Notes under the pieces: model-generated | What the model was told of the DNA's origin: nothing | The model's database searches: none | Seen by the model: the letters and a program-made list of their open reading frames with translations, nothing else | Assembly: GCF_000186885.1 (NCBI RefSeq) | Contig: NC_014972.1 | Location: 1,860,001 to 1,892,000, forward strand | Origin: Desulfobulbus propionicus DSM 2032 | GTDB taxonomy: Bacteria > Desulfobacterota > Desulfobulbia > Desulfobulbales > Desulfobulbaceae | Direction of reading: 5' to 3' | DNA length: 32,000 nt | Made by a program: the position numbers and the translations under genes | Shown here: positions 26,639 through 32,000 of the stretch, one piece after another | How positions within the stretch are numbered: position 1 is the first letter of the stretch | How the letters are laid out: the number at the start of each line of letters is the position of its first letter

Positions 26639-28018
26639 ATGCAGCACGAACTGAACGACACCACCCCCTGCGGCCTGGGCGACAAGTCCGGCATGACCGG
26701 GCGTTTCGCCAACAATTACTTCGACGGCATCCCCGTCCGCGGCATCCATGCGACCCTGTTCTTCATCATCATGGCCGCCTACTTCTTCGAGCAGTTCGAC
26801 AACTGGAACTTCGGCTTCGCCGCTCCGGCCATTGCCCAGTCCTGGGGCCTGAAACCCACCGACATCGCCACCATCCTTTTCTGGTACTTCATCGGCATGA
26901 CCTCGGGCGGCTTTCTCGGCGGCGTCATTTCCGACTTCATCGGCCGGCGGCCAACCTTCCTCATCTCCATCGTTATTTTCTCGGTGAGCTCGGTGATCAC
27001 CGGCTTCACCAATGACTTTGTCGTGTTCACCCTTTTCCGGGCGTTGACCGGTTTTGGCGTGTTCTGCATGATGGTCACCTCCCAGGCCTACATTGCCGAG
27101 ATGGCGCCCTGCGAGAGCCGCGGCATGTGGCAGGGGAGGGTGGCTGCCATCGGCTTCTGCGCCGTGCCGGTGGTCGCCCTCATCTGCCGGATGGTCATTC
27201 CCATGGCCGAGGAAGCCTGGCGGTTCATCTTCTATGCCGGTGGCCTGGGTGTGGTGCCTTTTGTGCTCGGCCTCAAGTACCTCAAGGAGTCGCCCCGCTG
27301 GCTGGTGGCCCATGGCCGCATCAAGGAGGCCGAAGAGATTGTCACCTACCTGACCGGCAAGGATATCGACCTGTCCGAGGCCGCCAAAAACGTACAACCG
27401 AAGATCGCCGTCACCGACGTGCTCATCGGCATGTTCACCCGCAAGTACATCGGCCGCACCTTGTTGATCATGCTGCTGTTCGTCTGCATTACCCCAGCCG
27501 GCTTCCTGCTGACCACCTGGACCACCCAACTGCTCAAGATGCTTGGCTTCTCTGTCAAGGAGAGCCTCACCGCCATGACCATCATCAGCGTGGGCGTGCC
27601 TGTGGGCTGTTTTCTCAATTCGCTGGTCTCCGACCTGGGCGGCCGCAAACTGCCGCTGGCCGTTCTCAGCGTCCTGGCTGCGATCACCGCGCTGATCTTC
27701 GGCGGCATGAAGAGCCTCATCCTGCTCACCATCCTTGGCTTCGCGGTGACCGTTTTCAACATGGCGCTGAACTTCACCCTGTTCTCCTACACAGCGGAGA
27801 GCTACCCGACCCGCATGCGCAACACCGCCACCGGTTTCCACAACGGCCTGGCCCGACTGTCGGTGTCCGCCTCCCAGCCGCTGATTCCCATGATCCATGC
27901 CTCCTACGGGTTCGCCGGCATCTTTACTTCGGTGGCCATCCTCTTCTTCCTGCCGGTCATTCCGCTGCTCATCTGGGGCCAGCGTACCGGCGGCAAGAGT
28001 CTGGAGGAAATCGAATAA
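26639..28018 (+). CDS. MFS transporter (metabolite/aromatic acid:H+ symporter-like)
   Basis: 459 aa, DNWNFGFAAPAIAQSWG; GMTSGGFLGGVISDFIGRRPTFLISI; SDLGGRKLPLAVLSV; 10-12 hydrophobic segments; start M42 of the track ORF. Confidence 0.87.
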   Translation: MQHELNDTTPCGLGDKSGMTGRFANNYFDGIPVRGIHATLFFIIMAAYFFEQFDNWNFGFAAPAIAQSWGLKPTDIATILFWYFIGMTSGGFLGGVISDFIGRRPTFLISIVIFSVSSVITGFTNDFVVFTLFRALTGFGVFCMMVTSQAYIAEMAPCESRGMWQGRVAAIGFCAVPVVALICRMVIPMAEEAWRFIFYAGGLGVVPFVLGLKYLKESPRWLVAHGRIKEAEEIVTYLTGKDIDLSEAAKNVQPKIAVTDVLIGMFTRKYIGRTLLIMLLFVCITPAGFLLTTWTTQLLKMLGFSVKESLTAMTIISVGVPVGCFLNSLVSDLGGRKLPLAVLSVLAAITALIFGGMKSLILLTILGFAVTVFNMALNFTLFSYTAESYPTRMRNTATGFHNGLARLSVSASQPLIPMIHASYGFAGIFTSVAILFFLPVIPLLIWGQRTGGKSLEEIE

Positions 28019-28044
28019 CCCTCCGCCAACATGAGAGCGATGCA

Positions 28045-28075
28045 AGGGAAACCGGTCCGCAGAACCGGTTTCCCT
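28045..28075 (+). terminator. Terminator hairpin after the MFS gene
   Basis: AGGGAAACCGGT-ccgcaga-ACCGGTTTCCCT, 12-bp perfect stem. Confidence 0.75.
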
Positions 28076-28219
28076 CTTCCCCAGTGTGAGACCAGCCGTG
28101 CTTCGCTGCAACGGCGACCAACGGATATTGCGTTGTGGTCATGGATCGCCCGAGCGGTGATCGACACAGCCAATGTTTTCCCCCATTGGGACGTTTTTCC
28201 ATTTCCTCCCTCCTCCCTG

Positions 28220-28247
28220 TACGCTATAAACCATGGAGTATAGCGTA
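28220..28247. promoter_or_regulatory. 9-10-9 inverted repeat, candidate operator upstream of the histidine kinase
   Basis: TACGCTATA-aaccatggag-TATAGCGTA. Confidence 0.55.
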
Positions 28248-28289
28248 ACGTTGCACTGCAGCTCTCCACCATACTGGAGCAACGAGGCC

Positions 28290-30173
28290 ATGTCCGAGAG
28301 AACACCGCAGCCGTCAACCGTCCTTGCCTGTTTGTCGATCCTCCCCTGCCTCCTCGCCCTGCTGCTCATCGGGCCAACGCCCCTTCGGGCCGCAGAATCC
28401 CAGCCGCTTGGCGACAATGAAAAACGGGTCGTGATCCTCTACTCGCAGCCGCGCGATTTTCCCGCCACCGAAATGGTGGAACAGGGAATCCAGGAGGCGC
28501 TGAACGCGGAGCGGCGTTTGACCGTCCAGCTCTTTTCCGAGTATCTCGATCTCTCCCGCTTTCGTGATACCCCCCAGCGTCAGGCCTTGGCGGACCTGCT
28601 TGATCAGCGCTACAGCAATGGCCAGATTGCCCTGCTCATCTGTGTGGACGTCCCGGCTGCCTTGTTTCTCATGGAATATGGGGAGCAACTGTTTCCGGAA
28701 ATCCCGGTGGTGATGTGCGCCATCCCCGAGCGGCTCAAGGATTCCTTGCTCGCCTCGCCGCTTGGCGGACGGGTCAGTGGTATCATCGAGCCCGCCCTGG
28801 TGGCGCGGCAACTGGTGGAATCGGCCTTTCTGTTCAAGCCCGCCACCAAGCAGGCGGTGCTGGTGGCCGGAGCTTTTGAAAACGACCAGGCCCGTGCCGT
28901 TGCCCTGCGCGAGGCGCTGCAAACCGTGCGGCCGGATGTGGAACTGATTGATCTGACCGGACGTTCGCTGGGAGAGATTCTGGAACGGTGCGAGAAGCTG
29001 CCGCGGGATGCGGTCATTTTTTTCTCGACCCTTTTCGTCGACGGCAAAGGTCGCAGTTTTGTGCCCAAAAATGTCCTGCAGTCGATCGCCGCCGTCACTG
29101 ACAAGCCGATTTTCGGCCCCTACGAATCCTATATGGGGTATGGAATTGTTGGCGGTCCGTTGATTTCCCTGCGCCTCGAGGGCAAGATGGCCGCCGAGGC
29201 GGCCTTGCGTATCCTGGGAGGCCAGCCCTTCGAGGCTGGATCGTTCAGCGGCGTCAACACCCAGCGCACCCTCTATGATTGGCGGCAGCTCAACCGCCAT
29301 GCCATCGCGGACACTCTCCTGCCACCCAAGAGCACAATCCTCTTTCGTGAAGCAACCCTCTGGGATCAATATAAGTATTCGCTGATCGGCATCGTGGCCC
29401 TGGTCACCTTGCAGTCGCTGCTGATCATCGGATTGGTGGTCAATCTCCGCCAAAGAAAGAAGGCGGAGACCGCGTTGCGTGCCAGTCAGCGAGAACTGCA
29501 AACCCTGGCCGGACGTCTGATTTCCTCGCAGGAGGAGGAATTGAGCCGCTTGGCGCGCGAATTTCATGACGATTTTGCCCAGCGTCTGGCCGCGGTGGCC
29601 ATCGAGACCGGGACCCTGGAGATTCACTCGCAGCAGCTCGACCCTCCGGCCAGAGAAAAGATCGGTCACGTCAAGGATCAGCTGATCAGGCTCTCCGATG
29701 ACATTCACGCCATCTCCAGGGAACTGCACCCGGCAATTCTCAAGGATCTCGGCCTGGGGCGGGCGGTCAACTCCCTGTGTATCAATTTTGCCGACCGCGA
29801 GAATATTCCGGTGGATTGTCATTTCGAGCCCCTCCCCGACGATATTCCGCCCCAGACCTCCCTGTGCATCTACCGGGTGATCCAGGAAAGTCTGCGCAAC
29901 ATAGCCAAGCACGCCCGTGCCCGGCACGTCGATATTTCCCTCAAGCTCTCGGCCAATCATCTGCTGGCGACCATCGAGGACGACGGGGCCGGTTTCGAGC
30001 CCAAATGCGCCCGCCACACCCCGGGCATCGGTCTGGCGAGCATGCGGGAGCGGGTTCAATACGTCAAGGGCGAGTTCACCATCCAGTCCGAACCTGGACA
30101 GGGAACGGTGATCGAACTGTCCATTCCCCTGCAGAGGGTGGAGTATGAAAAAACCAAGAATACTGTTGGCTGA
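28290..30173 (+). CDS. Sensor histidine kinase (NarL-partner HisKA_3/HATPase type) with extracytoplasmic ABC substrate-binding-like domain
   Basis: Start at MSERTPQ (RBS ACGAGG); periplasmic RVVILYSQPRDFPATEMVEQGIQEAL...; LAREFHDDFAQRLAAVAIETG; DDGAGFEPKCARHTPGIGLASMRERV. Confidence 0.88.
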   Translation: MSERTPQPSTVLACLSILPCLLALLLIGPTPLRAAESQPLGDNEKRVVILYSQPRDFPATEMVEQGIQEALNAERRLTVQLFSEYLDLSRFRDTPQRQALADLLDQRYSNGQIALLICVDVPAALFLMEYGEQLFPEIPVVMCAIPERLKDSLLASPLGGRVSGIIEPALVARQLVESAFLFKPATKQAVLVAGAFENDQARAVALREALQTVRPDVELIDLTGRSLGEILERCEKLPRDAVIFFSTLFVDGKGRSFVPKNVLQSIAAVTDKPIFGPYESYMGYGIVGGPLISLRLEGKMAAEAALRILGGQPFEAGSFSGVNTQRTLYDWRQLNRHAIADTLLPPKSTILFREATLWDQYKYSLIGIVALVTLQSLLIIGLVVNLRQRKKAETALRASQRELQTLAGRLISSQEEELSRLAREFHDDFAQRLAAVAIETGTLEIHSQQLDPPAREKIGHVKDQLIRLSDDIHAISRELHPAILKDLGLGRAVNSLCINFADRENIPVDCHFEPLPDDIPPQTSLCIYRVIQESLRNIAKHARARHVDISLKLSANHLLATIEDDGAGFEPKCARHTPGIGLASMRERVQYVKGEFTIQSEPGQGTVIELSIPLQRVEYEKTKNTVG

Positions 30174-30783
30174 TGACCATCGCATGGTGGCCGAGGGGCT
30201 GCGCGGCCTGCTGGAGCCGGACTATCAACTGGTCGGCATCGTCGAGGATGGCCGGGCCCTGCTTGAGGCGGCGGACCGGCTCATGCCCGACGTGGTGGTG
30301 GCGGATGTCTCCATGCCGCTGCTGAACGGGATCGAGGCGGTACGGCAGCTCAAGAAGAAAAACAAGGAAATCGCGGTGGTCTTTCTCACCATGCACCTCG
30401 ATGTCGCCTACGCGGCCAGTGCCTTCGAAGCCGGCGCCTCGGGATATGTGCTCAAACATTCGGCTCCGTCGGAGCTGCTGGTCGCCATCGGCAGCGCGCT
30501 CAAGGGACGAACCTACATCACGCCGTTGCTGGCCGGTGAACTGCTCAACTACCAGCGCAACCGGCCCAGCGGCGACCAAGAGGGCGGGGTTGCCCGTCTG
30601 ACCGCACGCCAGCGCGAGGTGCTGCAGTTGATTGCCGAGGGACTTTCGGTCAAGGAGGCCGCCGCCGTGCTCGGTATTTCCTCCCGCACGGTGGAGTTTC
30701 ATAAATACAGCATGATGGAGATCTTGGGACTGAAAAGTTCAGCTGAATTGATGCGCTTTGCCGTCGAACACGGCATCAAGTGA
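30145..30783 (+). CDS. LuxR/NarL-family response regulator
   Basis: KPRILLADDHRMVAEGLRGLL, DVVVADVSMPLLNG, C-term LTARQREVLQLIAEGLSVKEAAAVLGISSRTVEFHK. Confidence 0.95.
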   Translation: MKKPRILLADDHRMVAEGLRGLLEPDYQLVGIVEDGRALLEAADRLMPDVVVADVSMPLLNGIEAVRQLKKKNKEIAVVFLTMHLDVAYAASAFEAGASGYVLKHSAPSELLVAIGSALKGRTYITPLLAGELLNYQRNRPSGDQEGGVARLTARQREVLQLIAEGLSVKEAAAVLGISSRTVEFHKYSMMEILGLKSSAELMRFAVEHGIK

Positions 30784-30910
30784 ATCGGCGGTCGAGGCGG
30801 ACGGAAGGCAAAGAAAACCTGCTCAAACAAATGACTGCTTGAGCAGGAAGGAGAGAGGGGCGTTCCAAGGGACTGCCTGCATGCCGCGCCCCCTGCACCA
30901 TGCACTCTGA

Positions 30911-30940
30911 CAACCGCCCGGCCCAATCGCCGGGCGGTTG
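30911..30940. terminator. Bidirectional terminator between response regulator and outer-membrane channel gene
   Basis: CAACCGCCCGGC-ccaatc-GCCGGGCGGTTG, 12-bp perfect stem between convergent genes. Confidence 0.85.
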
Positions 30941-30949
30941 TGTTATGGC

Positions 30950-31885
30950 TCAAAAGCTCCAGATTTTCCCCAGCTTGATCTCGATGCGGATATCATCGGA
31001 GGCGGTGGCCACGTCGTAATCCCGCACCACCGGAACAAACAGACCCGCGCCCAGCCACATATTCCATTGCGGCATCACATAGTTGGCCGTTGGGCCCACA
31101 TACACTTCAGTGGCGTCATTGTTCATATCCCTGCCGGCGCGTTCCCACGAGCGGCAGTTTTCAGCGGTGAATTCCAGACCGATGTCGAAATGCGGATTGA
31201 ACACGTAATGGTAGCTGCCGGTCATGGTCCAGGCGGTATCCTTTTTCACCCCCTGGTTGCCGGTTTCGGTCGGTTGCACAAAGCCCAGGTCCCAGTCCAC
31301 CCGGTGCTTGGGATGCCAGACCTTGGTGACGCCGATCTTGGCATTGTAGGACCAGACATCGCCGCCAACCGGATGATCCGGGCCTTCCTGGCCGGTGGGC
31401 ATGTTGACGCCCAGGGTGGCGGCCAGGCTCAGAGGATCGCCCAGCCGCTGGGACATGATGGCGTAGGAGGCGCCCAGGGCGAAATCTGTCGGCCCATCGA
31501 TGCGATCCGAAGCTAAGTTGCCGTAGGCGTCGCGGTGATTGTTGATGTATCCCGGCACAAAGGCGATCTCGACCCGCTCGGTGAGGCCGTAGCGCAGCTT
31601 GAGCAGGTACAGTTCGCTCTCCATGGTCCTGGCGCCAAAGCCGGCGTCGTCGACGATGTCATCCTTGTCTCGATAGGAAAAATTCAACGCGCTCAGCAGC
31701 AGCCCCTTGGGCACCAGTCCGCCGCCGCTGATGGCGGAGTTGACCGGCGTGCCGCTCAGTCCTCCCATCTTTTCCGTTTGCGGCTGTTCGGTCACTGTGC
31801 TGTCCGCAGCCGCCGCATGCATGGCTGTCAGACAGGAGAGCATCATGCAGCAAACGAATGCCTGGTGTGTTTTCTTTTCAATCAT
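30950..31885 (-). CDS. Outer-membrane beta-barrel transporter, phenol-degradation 'MetA' type family
   Basis: Signal peptide MIEKKTHQAFVCCMMLSCLTAMHAAAA; LKYGLTERVEIAFVPGY-like segment (LRYGLTERVEIAFVPGYINN), GADVGV/GVNMPTGQEGP, terminal WSF; start at M33 of the track ORF. Confidence 0.75.
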   Translation of the reverse strand: MIEKKTHQAFVCCMMLSCLTAMHAAAADSTVTEQPQTEKMGGLSGTPVNSAISGGGLVPKGLLLSALNFSYRDKDDIVDDAGFGARTMESELYLLKLRYGLTERVEIAFVPGYINNHRDAYGNLASDRIDGPTDFALGASYAIMSQRLGDPLSLAATLGVNMPTGQEGPDHPVGGDVWSYNAKIGVTKVWHPKHRVDWDLGFVQPTETGNQGVKKDTAWTMTGSYHYVFNPHFDIGLEFTAENCRSWERAGRDMNNDATEVYVGPTANYVMPQWNMWLGAGLFVPVVRDYDVATASDDIRIEIKLGKIWSF

Positions 31886-32000
31886 CCAACCCTCCATTGT
31901 GTCAAAAATACCGTGGCAACATGAATCGTGCAGGAACGGCTGGCCAAATTCGACCAACAGGGGTGCCGTTCGTTGGCCCACTAAACCAAAGCAGAGGGAG

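Noticed and set aside
28314-30185. 623-aa minus-strand ORF opposite the histidine kinase (and likewise 26405..28111, 16209..17933, 162..1331)
   Set aside because: Mirror-frame artefacts of GC-rich genes; sense strands encode well-supported proteins.
1-32000. CRISPR arrays, rRNA, tRNA, phage or transposon genes
   Set aside because: No regularly spaced repeats, cloverleaf-like segments or hallmark proteins were recognised by eye; tRNAscan-SE/Infernal would be needed for a firm negative.

Overview
GC-rich chromosomal window, with gene content typical of a sulfate-reducing / Desulfobulbaceae-like deltaproteobacterium (taxonomy is inference). Left part: ordinary housekeeping genes (TPR fragment, waaF, gmhB, LemA/TPM pair, a glycerophosphodiester phosphodiesterase, a DnaQ-like exonuclease). 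The centre is a minus-strand block of about 13.6 kb, read right to left: Fe-type alcohol dehydrogenase behind a near-perfect sigma54 (-24/-12) promoter; a MOP-type molybdenum aldehyde oxidoreductase; a large FAD/dicluster/CCG-domain oxidoreductase; a small CxxC..CxxC redox protein; a methyltransferase (TrsM-like); a C-GCAxxG-C-C protein; a radical SAM protein with extra Cys motifs (TrsS-like); an AMP-ligase; XdhC; a MocA-like NTP transferase fused to an HD domain; and a histidine phosphatase. The last nine ORFs overlap or are 1 nt apart. This resembles the uncharacterised DVU_1551-1559-type cluster and is the best candidate for an undescribed system: the Moco maturation part is understandable, but the ligase/radical SAM/methyltransferase/GCAxxG/redox part has no assigned product. 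Right part: TrxB + Trx + leaderless arylsulfotransferase (AssT-like), a GGCT-like protein, an MFS symporter, a two-component system with a substrate-binding-type sensor, and an outer-membrane channel of the phenol-degradation type. Non-coding signals include a roughly 70-bp repeat found upstream of both trxB and the MFS gene (two CCTCG boxes exactly 22 bp apart plus a hairpin), a candidate multibranched RNA upstream of a cytidylate-kinase-like gene, a 9-10-9 inverted-repeat operator upstream of the histidine kinase, and several hairpins/terminators. No rRNA, tRNA, CRISPR array or mobile element was recognised.
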